In this document: piece by piece, positions 1-11,000 of the stretch | How positions within the stretch are numbered: the stretch's first letter is position 1 | Layout of the letters: every line of letters starts with the position of its first letter | IMG/VR virus record: IMGVR_UViG_3300029305_004606 | Location: 128,001-192,000 of that record | Length of the DNA: 64,000 nt | DNA from: a virus | Lineage: Duplodnaviria; Caudoviricetes | Direction: 5' to 3' (one strand) | Notes under the pieces: generated by a model | Database searches by the model: none | What the model was told of the DNA's origin: nothing | What the model saw: only the letters and a program-made list of their open reading frames with translations | Translations under genes and position numbers: made by a program

Positions 1-208
1 AATTAATGAAGATCAGCAGAATGTTGCAGAATCTTCTCAAACTATAGTTGGAAATACTGAGGAAACAACTATCCCTCAGTTTACTGTAGTTGATCAGGTC
101 CCTGTAAATAAGGAAGATAAACAGGAAGAAAGTAAAGCTGAAGAGCAGAAAGCCCCTACAACAACTAAAGCTACTACAAAAGGTAGCAAAGCAAAAGCTG
201 GAAAATAA
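1..208 (+). CDS. 3' end of a hypothetical protein (truncated by the window edge), acidic then K/A/T-rich tail
   Basis: Frame 2 is open from the window start to TAA at 206-208 (INEDQQNVAESSQ...KAKAGK*). Confidence 0.75.
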   Translation, partial: INEDQQNVAESSQTIVGNTEETTIPQFTVVDQVPVNKEDKQEESKAEEQKAPTTTKATTKGSKAKAGK

Positions 209-295
209 TTAACCAGCTACTTATAAACTGAATACGGAACAAATTAACTAAGATCCCGGGTTGGGATAAATATTAAATTTTTGGAGGACAAGAAT

Positions 296-640
296 ATGGT
301 AGGAAAGTTATTAGCACAGGCAGGAATTATTGTAGTAGAAACATTAGCAGTTACAGCTGCAAATTATGCAACAAATACATGTATCGATATGTATGCACAT
401 CCGGATTTAAAGGATTGCAAGACAGATGAAGAGAAAGCTGAAAAGATTCAGAAGTTCGAAAAGACTATGAATATCATTAAGCCGGTTGCTTGTGTTCTTG
501 AAGCTGGATTAATTGGAGCAGGTGCAGGTCTTGCAATTGAAGCAGTTGACAGATCCGGAAAAGCATCAGCTGTAAAGGAATCTTCTGAAGAGAAGAGTAA
601 TGAAAGTGCAGCATTAATTGGATGCAACTACCTTATCTAA
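296..640 (+). CDS. Hypothetical protein with two hydrophobic segments
   Basis: GGAGG at 283-287 precedes ATG 296, which is preferred over the TTG at 281. Confidence 0.8.
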   Translation: MVGKLLAQAGIIVVETLAVTAANYATNTCIDMYAHPDLKDCKTDEEKAEKIQKFEKTMNIIKPVACVLEAGLIGAGAGLAIEAVDRSGKASAVKESSEEKSNESAALIGCNYLI

Positions 641-675
641 GGTAGTTGCATTTTCTCATTATGGAGGTAATAAAA

Positions 676-939
676 ATGGCGATTATATTTATAGTATTGG
701 TTATAGCCAATTGGATTTTGTACCACAAGATGTTTGATGTGGTGTATTTTAATTTTGGAGCCGGCATCTTCAAAGAATTCGCAGCTTGTATTTTCTTGGC
801 TGGAATTGAGATGGCTCTATTTGCAGCAGCTGGACCTTTTATAATTGCATTATTAGTAGCAGTTGTTATTATCTGCTCTATAAGAAAATATATTAAAAAG
901 AAAGAAGGTCAAAAGCCTATCCTCCCTAATGAGGATTAA
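676..939 (+). CDS. Small membrane protein (about 3 TM helices, basic C-terminus)
   Basis: GGAGGT RBS before ATG 676; three hydrophobic stretches. Confidence 0.8.
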   Translation: MAIIFIVLVIANWILYHKMFDVVYFNFGAGIFKEFAACIFLAGIEMALFAAAGPFIIALLVAVVIICSIRKYIKKKEGQKPILPNED

Positions 940-954
940 AATTTTACAAATAAG

Positions 955-998
955 AGAACCGGTGGGAGTTATGACCCCACCGGTTTCTTTTTTATTTT
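955..998. terminator. Bidirectional intrinsic terminator between convergent genes
   Basis: AACCGGTGGG-loop-CCCACCGGTT hairpin followed by a long T-tract. Confidence 0.85.
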
Positions 999-3900
999 TT
1001 ATACTGTAGTATCATCCCAAGGAATTCCCATGATATCTTTTACAGAACGATCGAGTTCGATCATAAGTTTCTGTAAGCTACCATATATAAATGTACTTGT
1101 AACAAGTCGTTTAGAGATAGATGAATCACCTACAAAAGCATCAATCTTTTCATTAGGTCTAAACTCAGTGTAAGGTTCCTGACCGATAGGGAAGATATTT
1201 TTCTCTACAGCTTTATTTGCTGAGTTATAAACAATCTTATCACCTACACCAACAGTATCAAGATATTCTACATAGAATTCAATCAATACTGCTTCTTGTG
1301 CTCTCTTAAGTTTACCTGTAGGAGGCAAAGCATAATGAGCAGGAACCTTAGACATTGAAAGTCCATTATCTTTGATAATCTTTGCTCTTTTCTTTATAGG
1401 TCTTTCATAGTCTTCAACGATTTTTCTTAATGATTCAGACATATCATCATATTCGATGGTTCTAAACATCTTGATATCAACAAGAGTACCAGTAACTTCA
1501 GATTTAAGTTTTCTTTTTCCAATATCTGAAATATCACCATCAGTTAAAGCATCCATTAATTCTGATGCATCTTCATCATCAACTGCAGTTTCCCACATGA
1601 GAATTGTATCTGAAGCTTCAACATGATCACCTATTTTTCCAATACTGAATACTTTGGAATCTTTATCCACAACAGCAGCGAATTTAACGATAATTCTGGT
1701 AGCAAGTTTCTTCGCCATAGAATCAGATATAATACCTGAATCTTCAAATCCTTCATCAGTATTAAGAATAGCAATCTTAGCAAGTTTTCCAATGTTATAA
1801 GCTAGATTGTTTGATTCACCTAACTTATTAGAGAAACTATACTTGTCATAAGCAAGAATACAATCCTTTTTAAACTTCAAGTTAACTTTAGCTCCATCCA
1901 TAGCATCTAACTTAAGAGGAACAAAGTATCCACCATCAGAGTTCTTTTCAGTAGTTTCAGAAAGATTAATATAATCTTTAGTACCATCTATATACTCTAC
2001 AAGCATATATTCATCCTGCACATATTCTTTGATAATACCATCTTTCTTAGCTTTAAAAGCAAATTTATCTGTAGTCATATAAGGCATAACTTCATCAGAA
2101 CCATTAGTAACTAACAGAGGATCAGAATCTTCTGTTCTAACCATATGTTTAGAAGTCTGAATAAATGACATAGCAGTTCTCATAGGATCATCATGTGTTG
2201 ATCCGAAAGGAATCATTGCTTCTGTAGCAGTTAAAGTATTAGCATCATTCATATTTTCTTTTTTAGATTGCTTTACATAACCTTCTGCAGTTATATTAGC
2301 ATTCATTGTAGACTGTCTTGTAATACCAACATTACCAGCAAAACCTGTAGACATACCTAATACATTTAACATGGAATCATTGTAAGAACGTTTGTCAAGA
2401 GAGTAAGCTCTATCTGCATTCATACCAGAAGGACCCTTAGTTGTAATAGAATTAGTTGTTTCTACATCTCTCAGAGCATTAATACATGAATCATCAGATG
2501 TAATAGTATCTGATAAGAAAGCATCTATAACAGCAGATTGTTTTACTGAAAAACTAGCAAATTTCATTGCATGTTTTAACTGGTTAGAATATACAGCATA
2601 AGCATCTGCCAATGCTTTATAAGCATATACAGAAATTAACTGGTATCTTCTCAATCTTCTTGAAGAAGTATCAGTGTGCTTGATATACTTGTTATCGTTC
2701 AACATAGAATTTCCGTATAACAAAATATCAATAAAGTTTGTAGGAAGATTGTAATACTCAAGAGATTCTTTAATCATAGGATCTACAAACAGGTTATAGA
2801 AGTTATCCAAACCATCAAGTTTCATTCTTCCGCCATAATCATCCATGAATTCTGTATACATACCCTTATTATTAATCTCATTAATATTATACATCTCTGT
2901 ATTACATACCTTGAGACCGTTCATAAGTAAACCAGTTTCATAATTCAAATCATAGACAATATATCCATCATTAAATTCAATCCAGTCTTTGTTTACATCA
3001 TTCTTAATTTCTTTAGAAAGATCTTTTACAATTTCATAGTTGATACCGGCTCTCTTCATTACAGGTTCCAGACCAATATAATAAGCACAAATCAAAATAA
3101 GAGGAATCTTTTCACTCATAATAGAAGCTCTAGAATAAGCAGATACTCTAGGTCTAGTTTGAACATCAAATAACTTTTTAAATTCTTCGTCTACTTTGAA
3201 AATATTTAAACAAAGCATATTGACGAATGTATCAACAATATCAGGAGGGAAATATTCAACAGCATCAAGTTTCTTATTATAAGCAAATGGGAAACCTTTT
3301 CCTGATTCTACTTTATATTTCTTTCTTAATTCATCCTGATTGAAATATACAATCCAATCCTCAGTTTCAATTCTACTAAGAGATCCAGCCAAATCGATAT
3401 AATCTACAGGCAAGTTATACTTAGCACAAACTTTTGTATTATTACCAGTAATAAACTTAATCTTTCTACCAGTATATTTCTTAGCAGCTTTTAATAACTT
3501 AGATACAGCAGGTAATGTTCTACCGGCAGAATCATTAAATCTATATAAGAAAATCTTATTATAGTTAGAAATCAACTGACAAGTTCCCAAATCTGTCTTA
3601 ATAATAGGCATATTAAAGAACTGTGTTTGAATAGACTTACTGTTACCACGAAGTAAGAATCTATTATCTTCCATAATAGGAATATCTAACTTGATTCTAT
3701 ATCTCTTTCCTCTATAGTCTTCCATATCCACATCATAAGTCATAACTCTATCTTCTGAAGTAGAAGTATCTTCGACTTTAAGATCTCTAACAACAATAGG
3801 TCTAGTACAGTTGTTGAAGAAACGGAAAATATTAATAATATCTTTATCAATATTATAATTCTTATCGAAATTAATATATGATAAATCCTTCCATTCTTCT

Positions 3901-6110
3901 TTATTCGGAGATGCTACATCAACTGTAGTTTTTTCTTCTTTCTTATCAGATTCATCTTCAAGGATTTCTTTAACAGTTTTACCTTTTACAGATTTATCTA
4001 ATAATTTTTTATCTAGTTCTGACATTCTAGAAGATCTAGCAGCAGAAATATTAACTTCATCATCAGTACCAAGATCAGCAAGAATTCTCTTAATCTCATC
4101 CTGATCTAATTTGTCCATAGCATCCTCTTCATCCTCTGCTGTTTCGGAAGCATCAGCTACAGCTTGAGCTAATCTTTCAAGTTCTTTTGCTTTTCTAACA
4201 TCTTCTGCTTCTTCTTCTGTTGTATCTTCAATTTCATCATCAGCAATTATATTCTGCTTATTGATTGTTTGTGTTACTTTCTGAGAAGACAGGCTATCAG
4301 ATTGACCAGTCATAGAATTCTTTCTATTTTTCTTGAGCTCATTAGCTTTTTTGATAGAATCCTTATCATCACCAACACACTGTTTCTTAATTTCAATAGC
4401 ATTAGCTACCTTAGCAGTTAAGTCAATACCTTTAACATTTTCGATCTTATCAACAAGTTTTGCAGAGATAACTTCAGGATCTTCTTTCACATCTGCAGAT
4501 GTATCTACATCTTCATCACTAAATTCTTCATTCATACAAATCTTTGTAACAAAGAGTCTCAATTTTACAGAAAGTTTCTTGATTTCTTTGGCATCAATTT
4601 CTGAGAAATTGATCTTAAAGTACTCATTATCTCCAACAAAGATAATATTAAGTTTACCAAAGGTATTCTTAAGCTGTGTTACTGCATTCGTAAACATAAG
4701 CTGATATATACAAGAAATAGGATTTAAAGACTGCTTATAATTCCACACAGATCCATTTCTTAACTTATCCCAATCTTTTACAGGAATAAAGATAGTTTTT
4801 GTATTATATCCACTTTTCTTAAGATTAGGATGATTAATTAATCTTTCTACAAAGTCAAGATAAAGATTAAATCCTTTCTTCAAAGTCCATGTATTATTCT
4901 GAAAGAATACTGAATTATAATAATACAAATCAACAAATATATTCTTTTTCTGGTATTTCTCAATCTCAGGAAAAGCATATTGAATAAAAGGATTATCTTT
5001 CTTTACAGTATCAAGAAGCATTAAAACATCTTTTCTATATCTTAATCTGGAAGAATATAATATTCTCTTCATTTGAGAATTATTATTTGTAGCCTCATTG
5101 ACAAACATAATTTTGTCTCCAGTATTAAGAGTACTTTCATGAATATATTTCATGAAATCTTCTGTCTTCATAGTTTCCTGTTCAGTAAAAGGAACTACAC
5201 CAAAGAACTTAGCACAATCTTTCTTAGTACATAAGAAAACAGGTTCACCTTTAATAAATACTCCAACTTTATTTCCACATACAGGACAAATTTCTGGTAC
5301 TTCTTCACCCTTATCGTTCTTTCTTTCAAGAATATAATCTACAGCTTCTGTAGATTCTGCAATATATTTCTTTAGATTTGTTTCTAAAGATCCTTTATTA
5401 GAAAAATATTCTTCAGGTGTAGGTACATCATCAGGAGTTTCTTCTTCTTTATTTGCAAGATTTCTTCCTCTCATAGCAAAAATAGTTTCTCTTGCCCTAT
5501 CTTCAGAAATAGTACCATTTTGCCACATAGAATATATTAAATCAAGCTGTCCATACATAGTATGATACTTAGGTATACCATCTATAGATTCCTTAATAAA
5601 ATCTTTGTAATATTGGAAGAAACGATTTCTTTCAGAATATTTAATATCATCAATACCAAATTTTTTAATAGCACTAATAATATTTTCAGCTAATTCTTCT
5701 TCGTGTTCAGAATCCACATAATTGAAAAATTTGATAGCAGATCTTACATGTTTCTCTGTATCTAAAGGATACTTTCTCAAACTAGGAATACCAAAATCTT
5801 CATCTTTCAAATCAGATCTCTTAGTTTCTAAGCAAGATTGCAATTCAATCTGTTCCTGAATAATAGAAGATTCTTCTACCTCTTCAATATGTTTCTTATC
5901 GATATAATATGATACATCTTTCTCAAGATAATATCCAGAAAATCTTCTACTATTTACAAACAACTCACTGTTCATCAACTTTCTAGAAGACTCATAGTTA
6001 GGAGTCATCAACAGAATAGCAGACCCCTTTTTCTTATCTCCATTTACAGTTGGTAAGAAAGTTTTCGTTCGATAGATTTTAAAATTTTTCATCTTATCAA
6101 TGAAAATCAT
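999..6110 (-). CDS. rpoB: Phage multisubunit RNA polymerase beta-like subunit, probably the virion RNAP, with an ~800-aa N-terminal extension
   Basis: RpoB-like motifs appear in the expected order: DIPIMEDNRFLLRG, HDDPMRTAMSFIQTSKH (cf. HDDANRALMGANMQRQ), EGFEDSGIIS (cf. YNFEDAI.IS), VGDKIV (cf. GDKM), ISKRL (cf. PSRM). The terminal GQR.GEME region is absent, as expected for phiKZ-type split enzymes. A late-type promoter lies upstream. Confidence 0.9.
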   Translation of the reverse strand: MIFIDKMKNFKIYRTKTFLPTVNGDKKKGSAILLMTPNYESSRKLMNSELFVNSRRFSGYYLEKDVSYYIDKKHIEEVEESSIIQEQIELQSCLETKRSDLKDEDFGIPSLRKYPLDTEKHVRSAIKFFNYVDSEHEEELAENIISAIKKFGIDDIKYSERNRFFQYYKDFIKESIDGIPKYHTMYGQLDLIYSMWQNGTISEDRARETIFAMRGRNLANKEEETPDDVPTPEEYFSNKGSLETNLKKYIAESTEAVDYILERKNDKGEEVPEICPVCGNKVGVFIKGEPVFLCTKKDCAKFFGVVPFTEQETMKTEDFMKYIHESTLNTGDKIMFVNEATNNNSQMKRILYSSRLRYRKDVLMLLDTVKKDNPFIQYAFPEIEKYQKKNIFVDLYYYNSVFFQNNTWTLKKGFNLYLDFVERLINHPNLKKSGYNTKTIFIPVKDWDKLRNGSVWNYKQSLNPISCIYQLMFTNAVTQLKNTFGKLNIIFVGDNEYFKINFSEIDAKEIKKLSVKLRLFVTKICMNEEFSDEDVDTSADVKEDPEVISAKLVDKIENVKGIDLTAKVANAIEIKKQCVGDDKDSIKKANELKKNRKNSMTGQSDSLSSQKVTQTINKQNIIADDEIEDTTEEEAEDVRKAKELERLAQAVADASETAEDEEDAMDKLDQDEIKRILADLGTDDEVNISAARSSRMSELDKKLLDKSVKGKTVKEILEDESDKKEEKTTVDVASPNKEEWKDLSYINFDKNYNIDKDIINIFRFFNNCTRPIVVRDLKVEDTSTSEDRVMTYDVDMEDYRGKRYRIKLDIPIMEDNRFLLRGNSKSIQTQFFNMPIIKTDLGTCQLISNYNKIFLYRFNDSAGRTLPAVSKLLKAAKKYTGRKIKFITGNNTKVCAKYNLPVDYIDLAGSLSRIETEDWIVYFNQDELRKKYKVESGKGFPFAYNKKLDAVEYFPPDIVDTFVNMLCLNIFKVDEEFKKLFDVQTRPRVSAYSRASIMSEKIPLILICAYYIGLEPVMKRAGINYEIVKDLSKEIKNDVNKDWIEFNDGYIVYDLNYETGLLMNGLKVCNTEMYNINEINNKGMYTEFMDDYGGRMKLDGLDNFYNLFVDPMIKESLEYYNLPTNFIDILLYGNSMLNDNKYIKHTDTSSRRLRRYQLISVYAYKALADAYAVYSNQLKHAMKFASFSVKQSAVIDAFLSDTITSDDSCINALRDVETTNSITTKGPSGMNADRAYSLDKRSYNDSMLNVLGMSTGFAGNVGITRQSTMNANITAEGYVKQSKKENMNDANTLTATEAMIPFGSTHDDPMRTAMSFIQTSKHMVRTEDSDPLLVTNGSDEVMPYMTTDKFAFKAKKDGIIKEYVQDEYMLVEYIDGTKDYINLSETTEKNSDGGYFVPLKLDAMDGAKVNLKFKKDCILAYDKYSFSNKLGESNNLAYNIGKLAKIAILNTDEGFEDSGIISDSMAKKLATRIIVKFAAVVDKDSKVFSIGKIGDHVEASDTILMWETAVDDEDASELMDALTDGDISDIGKRKLKSEVTGTLVDIKMFRTIEYDDMSESLRKIVEDYERPIKKRAKIIKDNGLSMSKVPAHYALPPTGKLKRAQEAVLIEFYVEYLDTVGVGDKIVYNSANKAVEKNIFPIGQEPYTEFRPNEKIDAFVGDSSISKRLVTSTFIYGSLQKLMIELDRSVKDIMGIPWDDTTV

Positions 6111-6135
6111 GTCGATAACCTCCTTGAATTTTGAT

Positions 6136-6147
6136 TATATAGGTGTT
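6136..6147 (-). promoter_or_regulatory. Late-type promoter AACA-N6-TA
   Basis: AACAcctataTAat upstream of the RNAP beta-like gene. Confidence 0.75.
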
Positions 6148-6258
6148 CTCAGCTTATAGATGTTCGATAATTCTTGATACTATAATGAAAAATTAATGGT
6201 ATAAAAACTTTGCTGTAATACTCTAAGTAACTTTAAAATTTAGAGACTTTTATTTCAA

Positions 6259-6278
6259 TTATATATTATAATATTGAA
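6259..6278 (+). promoter_or_regulatory. Early-type AT-rich promoter motif
   Basis: TTATATATTATAATATTGAA; the motif recurs at 31489, 40512, 48689, 50762 and 59764. Confidence 0.65.
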
Positions 6279-6391
6279 ATATAAAGATTTAATCACCGAA
6301 ATCTTTATAAATAAATTTAAGGAGGCTTTAAATATGTTACTGGTGATACAAATGACTGGTTTATCCAGATTATATGAACAGGAGAGATGAT

Positions 6392-7177
6392 ATGATATAT
6401 TATTTAGATGGTAGAACCACAGGTATAGCAGTTAAGGTTACTTATAAAAACACAAAGAAACATCGTTTTATAGTAACCAAAGAAAACAAAATTAGATTGT
6501 TTGACAATCTTGAAGTAGCAAAAACTGTTGCAAAAACAGTTACAGGAATCGAGTCCAAAATTGATTATTATATTTCAGTCAACGACAAAATGTATCCATT
6601 GGATAAAATCTATAAAGTACATGGAGTTTATAAGATTATTGATAAAGATACACAAACAATAATCAGTGTAAAAGAAAAGACTGAATATAAAGCTTCGAAG
6701 TTCGGCTATATTGTATTTGAGGACGGAGATACCACCAGATGTGAAAAGAAGTATGGTCATGAAAGAAATGATCAACTTATGAATAGCATTGCAGCAGCTA
6801 TTGAATTAGCTTTTATTGAAAATCGTGACGAATTTGGTGTTGCATATACTGAATCGTATAACTCTGAATTTGTAATCCATCTTAGAAACTGTACTGGTGC
6901 AATACATATTTGTACCAATGGTAACTTAATGGATATTAATCAGTGTAGAAAAGAAGAAGGACTTAAAGTATTTCCATTTTCAAAAAATATGGATAAGTTT
7001 ACTACTTTTTACACATATATTTCTAGAGACGCTTCTGAGCCGTCTAGAGTAAATTCAGAAGAGAAGGCATTGAAATTGTTAGACAGATTACTCACTCGTA
7101 TTTGTGAAATGGAACCTGATGCAAATGCTAAGGTTGTAAATATAGAATATGGTGGATATATTTGTTACGAAATCTAA
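6392..7177 (+). CDS. Hypothetical protein, paralog of the next gene
   Basis: Shares NQxRKExxLxxxPFxKxMD with 7208..7963. Start is either 6392 (GGAGA RBS) or 6374. Confidence 0.8.
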   Translation: MIYYLDGRTTGIAVKVTYKNTKKHRFIVTKENKIRLFDNLEVAKTVAKTVTGIESKIDYYISVNDKMYPLDKIYKVHGVYKIIDKDTQTIISVKEKTEYKASKFGYIVFEDGDTTRCEKKYGHERNDQLMNSIAAAIELAFIENRDEFGVAYTESYNSEFVIHLRNCTGAIHICTNGNLMDINQCRKEEGLKVFPFSKNMDKFTTFYTYISRDASEPSRVNSEEKALKLLDRLLTRICEMEPDANAKVVNIEYGGYICYEI

Positions 7178-7207
7178 TACCTAAAGGAATAAGGAGAAGT
7201 TGAAAAT

Positions 7208-7963
7208 ATGATTAAAACTATTAAACTTGACGGAAAAGATAATTATCTTTTCGACACTAATACTGGAGATATTGTATATCGGTATGATGATGACAAAGAT
7301 CTTCAATTGGTTCTTACTTTGGATGATTCTGTTCTGAATATTAGCAAGAAAAAGATTTCTAGACAGTTTGATGGACAGATTATTGTGCAGCATAATGATG
7401 ATAGATATATTATTGATGATGGTTATTATAACACATTAATTAAGTCTGGTTATATTGTTTATAATGCTTATGATGAGATCAATATTGATCCCGATTTCAA
7501 AGAACATGGTATTGTTTTAAGAGATGGTATTATAAAACAGCTGAGACAAGTGATTATGGAAATCAATAAGGAATATAATTTCATTAACGGAGCTGCACCT
7601 ACAGAACCTACCTTGGAATATTCAGGTAATAAAACTACTCTGAAAATTGATTCTGAAAATGGAGATTTTAGCTATACATTTGTATTTGATACAATCAATA
7701 GTATGGTTAATAAGAATCAAGGAAGAAAAGAAAATGATCTTACATTCTATCCATTTAAGAAATCTATGGACAGATATGGTACTATTTACCTGTCAGTATT
7801 TTGCCAGAAGAATCGACACATTGAAGATAATACGCCTAAGAAGAAATATATTGTACCCGATTCAATTATCAAAGAAATTATCAAGAAATTAAATGATGTT
7901 GATCAGTATCATTATGTATCTAATCAGGTTAAAAGACGTGTTGTTTACTGTAAAGGATTGTAA
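7208..7963 (+). CDS. Hypothetical protein, paralog of the previous gene
   Basis: AAGGAG RBS; contains NQGRKENDLTFYPFKKSMD. Confidence 0.85.
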   Translation: MIKTIKLDGKDNYLFDTNTGDIVYRYDDDKDLQLVLTLDDSVLNISKKKISRQFDGQIIVQHNDDRYIIDDGYYNTLIKSGYIVYNAYDEINIDPDFKEHGIVLRDGIIKQLRQVIMEINKEYNFINGAAPTEPTLEYSGNKTTLKIDSENGDFSYTFVFDTINSMVNKNQGRKENDLTFYPFKKSMDRYGTIYLSVFCQKNRHIEDNTPKKKYIVPDSIIKEIIKKLNDVDQYHYVSNQVKRRVVYCKGL

Positions 7964-7971
7964 TTTGAAAA

Positions 7972-8010
7972 TAGCCAGTGGGATTTTATCTCCCACTGGT
8001 TTATTTTTTG
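7972..8010 (+). terminator. Intrinsic terminator
   Basis: GCCAGTGGGA/TCCCACTGGT stem followed by a T-tract. Confidence 0.85.
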
Positions 8011-8034
8011 ATTGATATTTGAGCTAATTTGAAA

Positions 8035-8046
8035 AACATCGATATA
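8035..8046 (+). promoter_or_regulatory. Late-type promoter AACA-N6-TA
   Basis: AACAtcgataTAat. Confidence 0.75.
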
Positions 8047-8098
8047 ATACCGAATAACTTTGTTTATTAAAAAAATAAATAGGAAAGGGGATAGTAAC

Positions 8099-11000
8099 AT
8101 GACTGATGCTGAAAGAATACAATTTATAGAGCAGATAGCTGTTTTTGTACAAAAACATGCACCAACTTATGGTATATTAGTACATTCTCCTATTATTGCT
8201 CAGGCATGTTTAGAATCCGCATATGGTACCTCTAATAAAGCTCAATATCATAATTATTTTGGATTAAAATATAGAGGTGATAGAGTAACTTGTGCTAGTG
8301 GATATTTTTCTGATACAAGTTCAGAACAAAATGCTGATGGTAGTTATATTACTATTACTACTGATTGGTATAAATTTGATAATATGGATTCTGGTGTTGA
8401 AGGTTATTTCCAGTTTACTAATATAGCAAATTATGATAATCTTAAAGGTGTAACAGATCCTAGAACATATCTTGAAAATATTAAAGCAGATGGATATGCT
8501 ACATCTATTAATTATGTAGATAACGTAATGGCTGTTATAGATAAATGGGACCTTACAAAATATGATAGTCCTATTGAACAAAGAGGAATAAAAGTAGCTA
8601 TTGATGCAGGACATGGATCTAATACTGCTGGAAAAAGACATCCGGATGGATATCGTGAACATTGGTCTGATACTTATATGGCTTTCTATTTGAATCAGAT
8701 TCTTGTAAAGAACGGATTTGAAACATTCAAAACTTCTTGGGATGATGACAATCCCACAGATGATGAAGATATAGAATTAGCTATAAGACAGGCACAGATT
8801 AAAGCATTTGGAGCAGATATTTCTGTATCTATTCATGCCAATGCATATGGAGATGGAGCTAGTTACAATAGTGCTGAAGGTGTATCTACACATTATCATT
8901 CTAATACATCGAGAGTTGGAGATTCAGTAGCTTTAGCTACAGCTATTCAGAATGAATTAATTAAAAATACTACTCAGAAAAACAGAGGTATTGTAGCTCA
9001 AGAATTAGCAATGTGTAACTGTGTTGCTATGGGAACACAAGCATCTGTATTAATGGAAACTGCTTTTATGACTAACTCTAGAGAATCTGCTTTATTACAA
9101 AGCGATGAATTCTGTGTAGAATGTGCTAGAGAAATTGCCCAAGGTATTTTCAATTATTTTGGTATTACAGATGCTGATGCTAATGTTTATGTAGTAGCAG
9201 CTGATAGAAGTCATACTGATGAAGATGATAAAGATATTATAAATGCTACTGTTACTTTAGATAATCCTGTAGTTGAATATTATGGAAATATAAATTGTCC
9301 TGCTCCTACAGTTGTATATGATGGAACAACATTATCTATCAATGTAGATTATACAGTTCAATATTCCAATAATATTAATGCTGGTATTGGTATTGTTACT
9401 ATTACTGGTATTGGAAAGTATACTGGAACGAAAAATGTAGAATTTACTATTAAAGCTAGAGATATTGGAACAGCTTCTTGGGTATACAGTACAGATGCTG
9501 ATAATTGTATCAATATTGATCAATTAGGTTTAACTTGTATTGGTATGACTCTTGTAAAAAATACAGATTATACGTTGGAAGTTAGTTACAAAGATCATGA
9601 AGGTTATAAATTAGCAATCTGTAATGCTTATGGTAAAGGAAATTACTATGGCTCTATCAATGGTGGATTCTTTGTTGAAAAATATCCAGAAGATCCTAAG
9701 ATTGATATCAATAGTATAAGTTTTAGTATAGACCAAAACGACTTTATTTATGATGGTAATGTACATAAACCCGAAGTATCAAATACAGGTGGACTGATTG
9801 TAAATACTGATTATACAGTAACTTATAATGGTACATTTATAGATGCTGGAAATTATAAAGTTATAGTAACAGGTATAAATTCTTATGAGGGTACTATAAC
9901 ATTTTCTGTTACAATACATAGAAAAGAAATTTCTAAAAATAATTTTACTATTAGTCAAAATTATTTCATATATGATGGTTCTATGCATAAACCTGATGTG
10001 ACAAATAATATCGGATTAATTGCAAATAATGATTATACTGTTTCTTATAATGGTGCATTTATTAATGCAGGAGAATATACAGTTGATATTGTAGGTGTAA
10101 ATAATTATATTGGATCTATATCATTTCCTGTAACAATAGACAGAAAAGAAATTTCCAAAGATGATTTTAATGTAGCATCGAATTTAACATACAATGGATC
10201 TGTACAAAAACCTATTGTAAAAAGCTTGAAAGGTTACAGTATAAATACAGATTACAATGTAGAATATATAGGCGATTTTATCAATGTAGGACAATATACA
10301 GTTAATATTACTGGTATTGGAAACTATATTGGAAGTGTAACTTATTCTGTTACTATAAATAGAAAAGATATTAACAATATATCATTTACTATATCTGATA
10401 ATATTTATAATGGATCGCAACAAACTCCTATAATTACTACATCAGAAAAAATAGTTGAAGGACAGGATTATTCTGTTGTATATATTGGAGACATGATAAA
10501 TGTTGGTACATATGATATTATTATATCTGGTATTAATAATTATACAGGAAATGTCAATACTGTAGCAAAAATTGTTCCCAAATCGATAACTTATGACGAT
10601 TTCGATATTTATCCTAAGACGTTTATTTATAATGGAGATAGTAAAGATGTAAGTATTTCATCTTCATTACGCTTGGGAAATGATTATACAGTATCTACTG
10701 AAGAAGATATGGTATCTGTTGGACCCAAAACACTTACATTCCAAGGTATTGGAAATTACACTGGAACTATAACAGATTCTATAGAAATACTACCTTGTAA
10801 TATAGATTCTATATATTTTACAGTAGAACCAGATAGTGCTGTTTATTATGGTGGAACATTATATCCTATTATAAGTTGCGGAAATGGTTTAATAGAAGGA
10901 ACTGATTATAAAGTTTCTTATAAAGGTAAATTTATAGAAGTTGGTAATTATCAGACTATTATTACTGGTATTGGAAATTATACTGGTGAACGAAGTTTTG

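Noticed and set aside
676-939. Calling the small membrane proteins (676 and 61364) holins
   Set aside because: Only hydrophobicity supports it; neither is adjacent to the lysin and no family motif was recognised.
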